DNA from: Candidatus Limnocylindrales bacterium
GTDB lineage: Bacteria > Chloroflexota > Limnocylindria > Limnocylindrales > CSP1-4
Length of the DNA: 64,000 nucleotides
NCBI GenBank assembly: GCA_052038965.1
Contig: JBQGDI010000058.1
Span: forward strand, 4,248-68,247
Direction of reading: 5' to 3'
The notes below the pieces were generated by a model. The model was not told the DNA's origin, made no database searches, and worked only from the letters and a program-made list of their open reading frames with translations. Every line of letters begins with the position of its first letter. Position 1 is the first letter of the stretch. The position numbers and the translations under genes were made by a program. Positions 8,644 through 17,732 of this stretch are shown here, piece by piece.

Positions 8644-9867
8644 TCAGCCGGTGGCCCGGTGCTCCTCGGGCTGCCGGAAGAGCGCGAGGGTCCGCCATGC
8701 CGTCCACCCTCCGGCGAGCGTCATGGCCGCGCAGAGGGCGCGGACGCCCCACCACGGCAGGTCCTTCGCCAGGAACGAGGGCAGTGGCAGGATCAGGTAC
8801 GGCGACGTCGCGACGACGTACCACAGCGTCACGAAGAACATCGTGCTGAGCGCGATGAACGGGCCCCGGAGTGACGGCACGAGGACCGCGAGCGGGGCGA
8901 GAAGCGGGATCGCGCCGTACAGGTACCGCTCGTGGACCCGCGTCGGCACGAAGTACAGAGCCAGCGCGACGAGCGAAGCGACGGCGAACAGGCCAACGAG
9001 GTCACGTCGCCGGCGAAGGAGCAGCAGGCTCCCGCCGATCGCCAGCACCGTCGCCGTCGTACCGACGTAGAGCCACGGTCCGTCGACGGTCTCGAAGCCG
9101 AAGAGCAGGCCCCACGGATTGAAGCCGTAGTGGGAGGCGTATGGATAGCGCCCGAACGTGTCCGCGATGATGGCCCGGTAGCCGAGCGGGTCGAGGCCAA
9201 GTGGCAGCAGCACGATCGCGCCGGTCAGCAGGGCCGCGAGCGCGACGATGGCCGCACGGCCGATCCCGTCAGCCGTTCGCAGCCAACCTGCCACGAGCCC
9301 GACGAGGACCATCGCCGCGACGCCGAACTGGGGCTTGACGAGGCCCGCCAGGGCCGCCAGGGCCCCGGCGGCGACGAGACCGCCCGAAGCCGCGGTGACG
9401 ATCGACACGACCATCGGGAGGGCTCCCATGCCGTCGACCTGGCCCCACGCCGGGCCGCTCAGGACGACCGCGGGATTCAGCAGGTATAGCGCCGCCGCCA
9501 CCGGTCCGCCCCCCGCCCCGGCCAGCCGCCGTCCGACGGCAAACAGGACGGCGCCCAACGCCAGGTCGAACGGAATCGACAGGACCCGGATGGCGGCCCA
9601 CAGGGGCGCACCGTCGAACGCCACGCCGAGCGGCCATAGCAGGTACAGCATCGCTGGGTAGTTCGCGTCCCCGCCGGCCGCGTAGTAGCCCCCGAGTCCG
9701 TGCTGCGCGAGGCCCTCGGCCCACTCCTCGAAGGCCTTGACGTCGCCGCCGTGCCCGGTGCCGAGCAGCCCGACCAGGCGGACGACGAGCGCGGCGGTGA
9801 GCACGACGACGAAGGCCCGCGCATCGTCGGCCGGCGACCACGGGACCCGCAGCCGCGGGAGGGTCAT
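8644..9867 (-). CDS. GT-C-fold integral membrane glycosyltransferase (DUF2029/PMT_2-like)
   Basis: 407 aa with about 10 TM segments. The early periplasmic loop has the D-x-K/FEEWAEG-type acidic motif typical of GT-C mannosyl/arabinosyltransferases. 16 nt downstream of kimA1. Confidence 0.65.
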   Translation of the reverse strand: MTLPRLRVPWSPADDARAFVVVLTAALVVRLVGLLGTGHGGDVKAFEEWAEGLAQHGLGGYYAAGGDANYPAMLYLLWPLGVAFDGAPLWAAIRVLSIPFDLALGAVLFAVGRRLAGAGGGPVAAALYLLNPAVVLSGPAWGQVDGMGALPMVVSIVTAASGGLVAAGALAALAGLVKPQFGVAAMVLVGLVAGWLRTADGIGRAAIVALAALLTGAIVLLPLGLDPLGYRAIIADTFGRYPYASHYGFNPWGLLFGFETVDGPWLYVGTTATVLAIGGSLLLLRRRRDLVGLFAVASLVALALYFVPTRVHERYLYGAIPLLAPLAVLVPSLRGPFIALSTMFFVTLWYVVATSPYLILPLPSFLAKDLPWWGVRALCAAMTLAGGWTAWRTLALFRQPEEHRATG

Positions 9868-9883
9868 GGCCGAGCGGTGGCCG

Positions 9884-12022
9884 TCACCGGGAGCCGGCGG
9901 GGTTCGCCGGGACGTGGTCCTCGGGGTGCTCGCGGCGGTAGGGCACGTTGACCACGACCGTGTACGGCCGTCCGAGGAGGGCCGCCCGCAGCCGCTTCGC
10001 GGACTGGTTGTAGAGGATCCGCTCCCACCAGCTCTTCGCGACGTATTCCGGGATCACGACGAACGTGATCGGGGCCTCCTTGTCGGCCGGCCACGCCCGA
10101 TCGAGGACGTCGAGGTAGGCGAGCATCGGCGCGACGAGCGCGCGATAGGGCGATTCGACGATCACGAGCGGCACGTCGGGAATCTGGCGCTCCCAGCGCT
10201 CGCGAACCCTGGCCGCCTCGTCGGGCTCGTCGGAGATGAGCACCGCGCGGACGTCCGGGGCGATGGATCGCCCGACGTTGATCGCCTGGACGACCGCCCG
10301 GTTGATGCCCGGGATCGGCACGATCGCCCGCTCCTCCCGTCGCGGTGCCGGGATCCTGGCGTCGGGCTGGATCGCCAGCTCCCGCGAAGAGGCGGCGTAC
10401 TGCCGGTGGATGAACAGCATCAGCCCGACGAGGATCGGGATGATGACCGCGACGATGAGCGAGGTCGGCGCCTTCGCGACGAGCACGACCACGAACACCA
10501 CGCTCGTGAGTCCCGCCCCGAAGGCGTTGATGCCCAACCGCCATTGCCAGCCCCGTGACCGTTCAGCCAGCCAGTGGCGGACCATGCCGACCTGCCCGAT
10601 CGTGAAAGCCAGGAACACGCCGACGGCGTACAGCGGGACGAGCGCGGTCGTGTGGCCACCGAACAGCACCACGAGCGAGATCGCCGCCACGCTCAGGATC
10701 ACGATCCCGGACGTGAACGCCAACCGATCGCCCCGGAAGCTGAACTGGCGTGGCATGTAGCCGTCGCGGGCGAGGATCGCGCCGAGGCGCGGGAAGGCGT
10801 TGAACGACGTGTTGGCGGCGAGGAAGAGGATCAGCGCGGTGAACGTCTGGAACAGGTAGAAGCCGATCGAGCCGTCACCGTAGGCGACCGCCGCGACCTG
10901 GCTGACGACGGTCTTGGGCGTCGGATGATCGATGGGCACGACTCCGAAGTTCGCGGCGACGAATGTGATCCCGATGAACAGCGTCCCCAGGAGGATCGCC
11001 ATCGCCGTCAGCGTCGCCGCGGCGTTCCGCGACTCCGGCGGCTTGAAGGCCGGGACCCCATTGGCGATCGCCTCGGTTCCGGTGAGGGCGACCGAGCCGG
11101 ACGCGAATGCGCGGAGCACCAGCAGCGCCGTCACGGCCTGCAGCGGCTCGTGCGCGCCGGGCAGGGGCGATGGCGGCATCTGGTGCTCGCCGAGGACGAC
11201 GATTCGGAAGGTCCCGATCGCGATCGCGAGCAGCGCGGACCCGACGAACAGGTACGTCGGGATGGCGAAGATGTTGCCCGATTCGCGGAGCCCGCGGAGG
11301 TTGCCGATCATGATCAGGATGATCGCGACGACCCCGATCTCGACCCGGATGTCTGTGAGAGCCGGGACCGCGGAGATGACCTGCTCGATGGCCGACGAGG
11401 TCGATACCGCGACGGTCATGACGTAGTCGACGAGCAGTGCGGCGGCCACGACGAGCGCCGTGATACCCGGCAGGTTCGCCTTGGCCACGGCGTAGTCGCC
11501 GCCGCCGGACGGGTACGCGTAGACCTCCTGGCGATAGCTGATCGACACGACGGTGAGGAGGAAGCCGATCGCGATCGCGACCGGCAGGCTCAGGAACAGC
11601 GCGCTCGCTCCGGCCAGGACGAGGACCCGCAGGATCTCCTCCGAGGCGTAGGCCGAGGAGCTGATCGCGTCCGAGCTGAAGATCGCGAGGGCCTTGACCT
11701 TCGATAGCCGCTCGGTGATCTCCTCGTGGATCGAGAGCGGGCGGCCGAACAGCATGCCGCGGACTCGGGCCAGCATCCGTCCGAGCCCGGTGCGTGGCGC
11801 CGAGGCGGCCGGCTTGGCGATGAGGGTGCCCTCGCCGCCGTAGCGGAAGTACGCCGCGTGGGGCCGTTCGACCCGAACGCGGCGGTCGCCGAGCTTGCGG
11901 CCCTTGAGCGAGCCGCCGGACGAAGGTGGGGTGTCGCTCACCGTGGGCCGCGGCGGGCGCGCAATTGCATCCGCGAAGGATCGCACGCGCGGCCCGGGGT
12001 CGCATGCGCCACGGCGTCGCAT
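9884..12022 (-). CDS. kimA: KimA-family K+ importer (APC superfamily with C-terminal cytoplasmic domain), paralogue 1
   Basis: Start at ATG 12022 (MRRRGACDP...), 15 nt after the fur stop; the ORF extends upstream in-frame to 12556. Motifs KALAIFSSDAISSSAYASEEI, YRQEVYAYPSGGGDYAVAKANLPG, NLRGLRESG, AFASGSVALTGTEAIANGVPAFKPPESRNAA and C-terminal YNQSAKRLRAALLGRP match my recollection of B. subtilis KimA (YdaO). Confidence 0.85.
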   Translation of the reverse strand: MRRRGACDPGPRVRSFADAIARPPRPTVSDTPPSSGGSLKGRKLGDRRVRVERPHAAYFRYGGEGTLIAKPAASAPRTGLGRMLARVRGMLFGRPLSIHEEITERLSKVKALAIFSSDAISSSAYASEEILRVLVLAGASALFLSLPVAIAIGFLLTVVSISYRQEVYAYPSGGGDYAVAKANLPGITALVVAAALLVDYVMTVAVSTSSAIEQVISAVPALTDIRVEIGVVAIILIMIGNLRGLRESGNIFAIPTYLFVGSALLAIAIGTFRIVVLGEHQMPPSPLPGAHEPLQAVTALLVLRAFASGSVALTGTEAIANGVPAFKPPESRNAAATLTAMAILLGTLFIGITFVAANFGVVPIDHPTPKTVVSQVAAVAYGDGSIGFYLFQTFTALILFLAANTSFNAFPRLGAILARDGYMPRQFSFRGDRLAFTSGIVILSVAAISLVVLFGGHTTALVPLYAVGVFLAFTIGQVGMVRHWLAERSRGWQWRLGINAFGAGLTSVVFVVVLVAKAPTSLIVAVIIPILVGLMLFIHRQYAASSRELAIQPDARIPAPRREERAIVPIPGINRAVVQAINVGRSIAPDVRAVLISDEPDEAARVRERWERQIPDVPLVIVESPYRALVAPMLAYLDVLDRAWPADKEAPITFVVIPEYVAKSWWERILYNQSAKRLRAALLGRPYTVVVNVPYRREHPEDHVPANPAGSR

Positions 12023-12036
12023 TCGCCGCGCGAGAT

Positions 12037-12504
12037 TCAGCGGTCGCGACAGGCCTCGCAGCGGCCCTCGATCGACAGGTGCTCGAGCGAGACCGCGAAG
12101 CCACGCCGCCGCTCGAGGTCCTCGACGAGGGCCACGAGCTCGGATGGCGCCAGGTCCCAGCGTCCACCGCAGGCGGAGCAGACGAGGTGACCGTGCGTGG
12201 CGGATGGGCGGACGTGGAACTCGGTCCGACCGTCGGGCCCGTGGGAGTGGCTGACCAGCCCGAGCTCCTCGAGGACGTCGAGCGTCCGGTAGACCGTCGA
12301 GGGCGTCGTGGACGGATCGATCTGGCGACAGCGATCGACCAGCGTCGCGCCCGTCACGTGGCCGTCGACGCGAGCCAGGACGTCGAGGATGACGCCCCGC
12401 TGGGACGTCCAGCGCAGCCCTCGCTCGTGGAGGCGCCGACGCACCTCCGCCCACCGATCGCCGGGGATCGAGGGCAGCCGACGCGTCGCAGAGCCGGCCG
12501 TCAT
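12037..12504 (-). CDS. Fur-family metalloregulator (candidate Nur/Zur-type)
   Basis: Winged helix plus metal-site cysteines/histidines (RWTSQRGVILDVL...TVYRTLDVLEELGLV...HGHLVCSACG...GRCEAC). Start ATG 12504 overlaps the NiCoT stop as ATGA. Confidence 0.8.
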   Translation of the reverse strand: MTAGSATRRLPSIPGDRWAEVRRRLHERGLRWTSQRGVILDVLARVDGHVTGATLVDRCRQIDPSTTPSTVYRTLDVLEELGLVSHSHGPDGRTEFHVRPSATHGHLVCSACGGRWDLAPSELVALVEDLERRRGFAVSLEHLSIEGRCEACRDR

Positions 12505-13457
12505 GCCCCCAGCCCGAGGCCCCTGAGCCACTCGTCGATCGACGGCAGCCGGGCATCGAGGCCGAGCAGGAAGACCGTGCCGATGACCAGGCTGAAGGTG
12601 CCGGCGACGACGCCGATCACGATGTAGATCCGCTGCCGAAGGCGGCTCGCGATGAAGCCGGTCGCGGTGATGAGGACGACGATCGAGTTCGCGATCAGCA
12701 GCCCGACGATGAACGCGACCATCATCGGGATCCCGAGGCCGTGCTGGGCGGCGCCGCCGATCGCGGCGATGAGCAGGACCTGCGTCCCGGTCTCGGCGCC
12801 GATGCCGTGGATCAGGCCGACCCCGAAGGCCGTCTTCGGGCCGTACGAGCTCATCTCCATCGGGTCGACGTGCTCGTGGCCGTGGAGGCGCGCCTGGAAC
12901 CGGCGCCAGGCGTAGCGAGCCGAGTCGAAGACGAGCATCCAGCGGCTCCGCAGCCGGAACGCGACGCCGTGCCGGGCGTACTGGTAGAGCGAGACGAAGA
13001 CCCAGATCCCGAGAAGGAGCAGCGTCAGCCCGACGATCGGGCCCATGACCTGGTCGACCCAGTCCGGCAGGATCGCCCCGAACAGCAGAGCAAGCAGGCC
13101 GAGGACGGCGACGACGGCGGCGTGGCCCAGCGCGTACAGCGAACCGAGCAGCAGCGCGCGCTTCTGCTCCTCGACCAGGCGCGGCCTCGGTGGGGCCGCC
13201 GGATGGTCGGCGGCTCCGTGCTCCCCGCCGTGGGCCCGGACCTCGGTCGGGCCGCCGTGGGCGTGTTGATGCGGATGCCGGGCAACGTGGACGGCCTCGT
13301 GGCCGAGCTCCGCGGCATCGGCCGTCGCGGTCGTCGATGTGACGTCGGTGATCGCCGCCAGATGGTCCCAGTCGAAGCCGTGCCGGATCCCCAGCACGAG
13401 CGCCGTCGAGATCAGCCCAAGCGCACCGCCGGTCGCCGCATCGGCCAGGAAGTCCAC
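12501..13457 (-). CDS. NiCoT (HoxN/NixA)-family nickel/cobalt permease
   Basis: Signature HX4DH in TM2 (IRHGFDWDHLAAITD), second motif GLIHGIGAETGTQV, His-rich cytoplasmic loop (HVARHPHQHAHGGPTEVRAHGGEHGAADH). Start set at GTG 13457; the ORF continues to a TTG at 13568, which would overlap kimA2 by 52 nt. Confidence 0.8.
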   Translation of the reverse strand: MDFLADAATGGALGLISTALVLGIRHGFDWDHLAAITDVTSTTATADAAELGHEAVHVARHPHQHAHGGPTEVRAHGGEHGAADHPAAPPRPRLVEEQKRALLLGSLYALGHAAVVAVLGLLALLFGAILPDWVDQVMGPIVGLTLLLLGIWVFVSLYQYARHGVAFRLRSRWMLVFDSARYAWRRFQARLHGHEHVDPMEMSSYGPKTAFGVGLIHGIGAETGTQVLLIAAIGGAAQHGLGIPMMVAFIVGLLIANSIVVLITATGFIASRLRQRIYIVIGVVAGTFSLVIGTVFLLGLDARLPSIDEWLRGLGLGA

Positions 13458-13478
13458 GGCGGCATGATCGCCGTTATC

Positions 13479-13493
13479 GCAACAGGTTGCAAC
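13479..13493. promoter_or_regulatory. Candidate Fur-family (Nur-like) operator: GCAAC-AG-GTTGC palindrome inside TTGCAAC-type repeats, 22-36 nt upstream of the NiCoT start
   Basis: Read directly: ..atcGCAACagGTTGCAACaag.. in the 58-nt kimA2-NiCoT spacer. It resembles the tTGCaa-N5-ttGCAA Nur box of Streptomyces. Confidence 0.4.
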
Positions 13494-13515
13494 AAGGGTC
13501 CCACAATGGCTCGCG

Positions 13516-15573
13516 TCAGCCCGCCGTCGCCTCCGCGGTTGCCCGCTCGCGCTGATACGGCACGTCAACGACGACGGTGTGGGGCCGGCCGAGCAGGGCG
13601 CCGCGCAGCCGCTTCGCAGACTGGTTATAGAGCGCCCGCTCCCACCAGTGTTGGGCGACGAACTCCGGAACCACGACGAACGTCACCGGAATGTCGCCCT
13701 CGGCCGATTCGGCCGCGTCGAGGACGTCGAGGTACGCCAGCAGCGGTCCGACGAGGGCCCGGTACGGTGACTCGACGATCACGAGCTCGACGTCCGGCAG
13801 CTGGCGTTCCCAGCGTCCCCGGACCGCCTCGGCGGCGACGGGATCATCCGTCACGAGGACGGCATGGACATCGCGGCCGATGGAGCGACCGACGTTCACG
13901 GCCTGGACGGCCGCCCGATCGAGGCCGGCCACCGGGACGACGATGCGCTCCCGGCGTCGCGGACCCCGGATCACGACGTCGTCGCGCACGGCCAGCTGGC
14001 GAGCGGTCGAGCGGTATTGCCGGCGAATGAAGAGCATCCCGACGATGAGTGCGGGAATGAGGACCAGCACGACCCACGCGCCGAGCATGAACTTCGCCGC
14101 GGCGACTTCGACCGCGACGACGCCGGTCGTGAGTGCCCCGATCCCATTGATGAGCGCCTTCGTCTGCCACCCCGGGGTGCTCGCCCGGTGACGCCACCAC
14201 CGCCGGACCATGCCGCCCTGGCTGAGCGTGAAGGCGACGAACACGCCCACGGTGTACAGCGGGATCAGGCTCGTCACGCTGCCAGCGAAGCCGATCACGA
14301 GCGCGATCGCGACGATCGCCAGCACGACGATCCCGCCGTTGAACGCCAGGCGGTCGCCCCGGAACTGGAAGACCCGGGGCAGGAACGAGTCGCGCGCCAG
14401 GATGCTCGACAGCCTCGGAAAGTCGGCGAACGAGGTGTTGGCGGCCAGGATGAGCAGCACGGCGGTCGATACCTGGATCACGTAATGGAATGGCGTGCCG
14501 CCGCCCACGAACGCGCGCGTGAGCTGGCTGACGACCGTCTCCTGTTCGCTCGGATCCGGCAAGATCCCGAGCTGGCTCGAGAGGAAGCTCATGCCGAGGA
14601 AGATGGCGCCGAAGCAGGCGCCCATGATCACGATCACTCGAGCCGCATTGCGCGCCTCCGGCGGCTTGAACGCCGGCACCCCGTTGGATACCGCCTCGGT
14701 GCCGGTCAGGGCGACCGAGCCGGAGGCGAACGCCCGCAGGATCAGCAGCAACCCGAGCGGCTCGGCGGCGCTCTCGACCCAGCCGGGCGGTGGCGAATTC
14801 GCCGGCATGGTCCCCGTCGCATAGCGCAGTAGGCCGAAGCCCAGGAGCCCGAGCATCGACGCCAGGTAGACGTAGGTCGGTACGCTGAACACGAGGCCGC
14901 TCTCGCGGACGCCTCTGAGGTTGACGAACGCGATCGCCGCGATGAGCCCGGCGCCGAGAACCACGCGAGCCTCGAACAGCTCCGGCCAGATCGACGTCAG
15001 GGCCGCGACGCCGGCGGCGATCGAGACGGCGACGGTGAGGACGTAGTCGGTCAGCAGGGCCGCCGCCGCGGTCAGGCCCGGCAGCGTGCCGAGGTTGTCG
15101 CTGGCCACGATGTACGAACCGCCGCCGCTGGGATAGGCCGCGATCGTCTGGCGGTAACTGGTGACGACGATGGCGAGGACGACGACGATGCCGATCGTGA
15201 TCGGCATCGTGAGCACCAGCGCCCCCGCGCCGGCGAGGACGAGCACCCGCATGATCTCCTCGGTCGCGTATGCCGAGGACGAGATGTTGTCCGACGCGAA
15301 GATCGACAGGCCGGGCACGACGCCCAGCCGTTCGTGCCATTCCTCGTGGTTCGACAGCGGCCGGCCGAAGAGCAGCGCCCTCAGCCGCGACGCGGCCCGG
15401 CCAACTGGGGTGCGCGGTCGCGAGGCCTCGGGCTTCGCGACCAGGGCCCCTCGTCCGACATACCGGAAGAACGGTTCGTGGGGACGGTGCACCCGGACGC
15501 GTCGGTCGCCGGGCTTGCGACCGGCTCGCGCGGTCGGGGCGGGCGAGGCAGGGCTGGAGTCGGACGCGGGCAT
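13516..15573 (-). CDS. kimA: KimA-family K+ importer, paralogue 2
   Basis: Start ATG 15573 (MPASDSS...GRKPGDRRVRVHRPHEPFFRY). Same motif set as paralogue 1 (SIFASDNISSSAYATEEI, YPSGGGSYIVASDNLG, NLRGVRESG, YNQSAKRLRGALLGRP). Confidence 0.85.
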   Translation of the reverse strand: MPASDSSPASPAPTARAGRKPGDRRVRVHRPHEPFFRYVGRGALVAKPEASRPRTPVGRAASRLRALLFGRPLSNHEEWHERLGVVPGLSIFASDNISSSAYATEEIMRVLVLAGAGALVLTMPITIGIVVVLAIVVTSYRQTIAAYPSGGGSYIVASDNLGTLPGLTAAAALLTDYVLTVAVSIAAGVAALTSIWPELFEARVVLGAGLIAAIAFVNLRGVRESGLVFSVPTYVYLASMLGLLGFGLLRYATGTMPANSPPPGWVESAAEPLGLLLILRAFASGSVALTGTEAVSNGVPAFKPPEARNAARVIVIMGACFGAIFLGMSFLSSQLGILPDPSEQETVVSQLTRAFVGGGTPFHYVIQVSTAVLLILAANTSFADFPRLSSILARDSFLPRVFQFRGDRLAFNGGIVVLAIVAIALVIGFAGSVTSLIPLYTVGVFVAFTLSQGGMVRRWWRHRASTPGWQTKALINGIGALTTGVVAVEVAAAKFMLGAWVVLVLIPALIVGMLFIRRQYRSTARQLAVRDDVVIRGPRRRERIVVPVAGLDRAAVQAVNVGRSIGRDVHAVLVTDDPVAAEAVRGRWERQLPDVELVIVESPYRALVGPLLAYLDVLDAAESAEGDIPVTFVVVPEFVAQHWWERALYNQSAKRLRGALLGRPHTVVVDVPYQRERATAEATAG

Positions 15574-15605
15574 GAGGGCGCGATGTGGCCGCCGCGATCC
15601 TTTGG

Positions 15606-17648
15606 TCAAGCGGATGCGCTGGCCGCGGCAGCCGGGCGCTCGCCGCGTCGATATGGGGCATCGACGACGACCGTCTGCGGGCGGCCCAGGAGGGCGCGGC
15701 GGAGTCGGGCGGCCGACTGGTTGTACAGCAGCCCGTCCCACCAGCGCCGAGGCGCGTACTCTGGCAGCACGACATAGGTGAGCACGGCCGCGCCCGCCGG
15801 CTGGCCTTGGTCGAGCAGGTCGAGATACCGGAGCAGCGGATCGACGAGCACCAGCGACGGTGTCTCGATGAGGTCGAGAGGGACGTCCGGGATGCGGTCG
15901 CTCCAGTCGGACCGCATGGCCAGGGCGGCGGCCCGGTCGTCCGAGACCAGGACGGCTCGGACGTCGGTGGCGAGCGACCGGGCGATGTTCTCCGCCTGGA
16001 CGGCCGCACGATCGATCCCGGGCACCGGCACGATGGCCCGCTCCCGTCGGTGCGGCGGTTCGATGACCGCGTCGGCGGGAATGGCGAGGCGGGCCGCGGA
16101 CGCCCGGTACTGTCGGTTGATGAACAGCATCATGCCTACCAGGGCCGGGATGAGGATCACGACCAGGTAGGCACCACCGAAGAACTTCTCGTAGACGACG
16201 ATGGCCAGGACGACGATCGTCAGGATCGCCCCGAGGCCGTTGATGCCGAGCCGGAGCCGCCACCCATCCCCGCGCACCCGCAGCCAGTGCCGGACCATCC
16301 CGACCTGGGACAGCGAGAAGCACACGAACACGCCGACCGCGTACAGCGGGATCAGGAGCGTGGTCGTGCCGGCGAAGAGCGCCACGAGCCCGGCCGCGAT
16401 GGCCGCCAGCAGCACGATCCCCCACGAGTAGGCGAGGCGGTCGCCGCGGAAGCTGAATTGGCGCGGCATGTAGCCGTCGATCGCGAGCAGGTTCGCCAAC
16501 CGTGGGAAGGCGTTGTACGAGGTGTTCGCGGCGAGGAACAGGATCAGCATCGTGGCGACGAGGAACAGCGCGTGGAGGGGCGTGCCGAATCCGTAGACCG
16601 CCCCCGCCACGAGCGAGATGACCGACGGATAACCGCCGACCGACGGCACGACGGCATACGCGATTGCGACGACCGAGATCCCGATGAAGATCACGCCCAG
16701 GAGGACTGCCATGGCGGTCATCGTGTTTGCGGCGTTGCGGGATTCCGGCGGCTTGAAGGCCGGCACGCCGTTGGCAATCGCTTCCACGCCAGTCAGCGCG
16801 ACCGACCCGCTGGCGAACGCCTTGAGGAGCAGCACCAGGGCGAGGGGCTCGAGCCCGAACGATTCGGCGTTCGGCTGCGCCGGCAGCGGGCTGGTGGTCC
16901 CGGTGGCGATGTTGAGGCCGCCGAGGACCACGATGCCGAGCGCCAGCGAGACGAACACGTACGTCGGGACGGCGAAGATGTTCCCGGACTCCCGCAGCCC
17001 CCGCAGGTTCGCGATCGTCATGAGGCTGATGACGATCGCGGCGATCAGGACCTTGTGGGAGCCCGCGGCCGGCGCGAGCGAGGCGAGCTGATCGAGGGCC
17101 GACGAGGTCGACACGGCAACGGTCATGACGTAGTCGATCAGGAGCGCTGCGGCCGCAACCAGGCCCAGGAGTGGGTTGAGCTCCGTTCGGGCGACCGCGT
17201 ACGCTCCGCCGCCGTTCGGGAAGGCCTTGCAGACCTGCCGATAGCTCAGGGCGACGATCGCGAGCAGCAGCGCGATCGCGATCGAAACCTCGATCGATGC
17301 GAACAGCGCAGCCGCACCGGCCAGGACGAGGACCCGCAGGATCTCCTCCGAGGCGTAGGCCGAGGAGCTGATGGCGTCCGAGCTGAAGATCGCGAGGGCC
17401 TTGATCTTGGAGAGGCGCTCGCCGATCTCCTCGTGGATCGACAGCGGCCGACCGAAGAGGATCGCCCGGACCCGGGCGAGCATCCGACCGGGGGCGGTGC
17501 GCGGCGCCGAGGCAGCCGGGCGCGCGACCAGCGTCCCTTCGGCGCCGTACCGGAAGAAGGGCTCATGGGGCCGCGCGACGCGAACGCGTCGGTCCCCGGG
17601 CTTTCGGCCGCGACGCGGCCGCGCGAGTCCTGCTTCGACGGTCTCCAT
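15606..17648 (-). CDS. kimA: KimA-family K+ importer, paralogue 3
   Basis: ATG 17648 (METVEAGLARPRRGRKPGDRRVRVARPHEPFFRY); an alternative GTG lies at 17666. About 75 % identical to paralogue 1 over the N-terminal 100 aa. Confidence 0.85.
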   Translation of the reverse strand: METVEAGLARPRRGRKPGDRRVRVARPHEPFFRYGAEGTLVARPAASAPRTAPGRMLARVRAILFGRPLSIHEEIGERLSKIKALAIFSSDAISSSAYASEEILRVLVLAGAAALFASIEVSIAIALLLAIVALSYRQVCKAFPNGGGAYAVARTELNPLLGLVAAAALLIDYVMTVAVSTSSALDQLASLAPAAGSHKVLIAAIVISLMTIANLRGLRESGNIFAVPTYVFVSLALGIVVLGGLNIATGTTSPLPAQPNAESFGLEPLALVLLLKAFASGSVALTGVEAIANGVPAFKPPESRNAANTMTAMAVLLGVIFIGISVVAIAYAVVPSVGGYPSVISLVAGAVYGFGTPLHALFLVATMLILFLAANTSYNAFPRLANLLAIDGYMPRQFSFRGDRLAYSWGIVLLAAIAAGLVALFAGTTTLLIPLYAVGVFVCFSLSQVGMVRHWLRVRGDGWRLRLGINGLGAILTIVVLAIVVYEKFFGGAYLVVILIPALVGMMLFINRQYRASAARLAIPADAVIEPPHRRERAIVPVPGIDRAAVQAENIARSLATDVRAVLVSDDRAAALAMRSDWSDRIPDVPLDLIETPSLVLVDPLLRYLDLLDQGQPAGAAVLTYVVLPEYAPRRWWDGLLYNQSAARLRRALLGRPQTVVVDAPYRRGERPAAAASASA

Positions 17649-17732
17649 GGCACCAACGTGCGCCACGGACCCAAGAGGGATCGGCGCTCGACAGCAGCTC
17701 CGACCCTTAAGTTCGCCTCAGGTTTCCGACGC

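Noticed and set aside
17667-17732. Possible c-di-AMP (ydaO-type) riboswitch upstream of kimA, as in Bacillus
   Set aside because: The spacer is only 66 nt and shows none of the ydaO pseudo-symmetric helices; regulation here is more likely via KdpDE.
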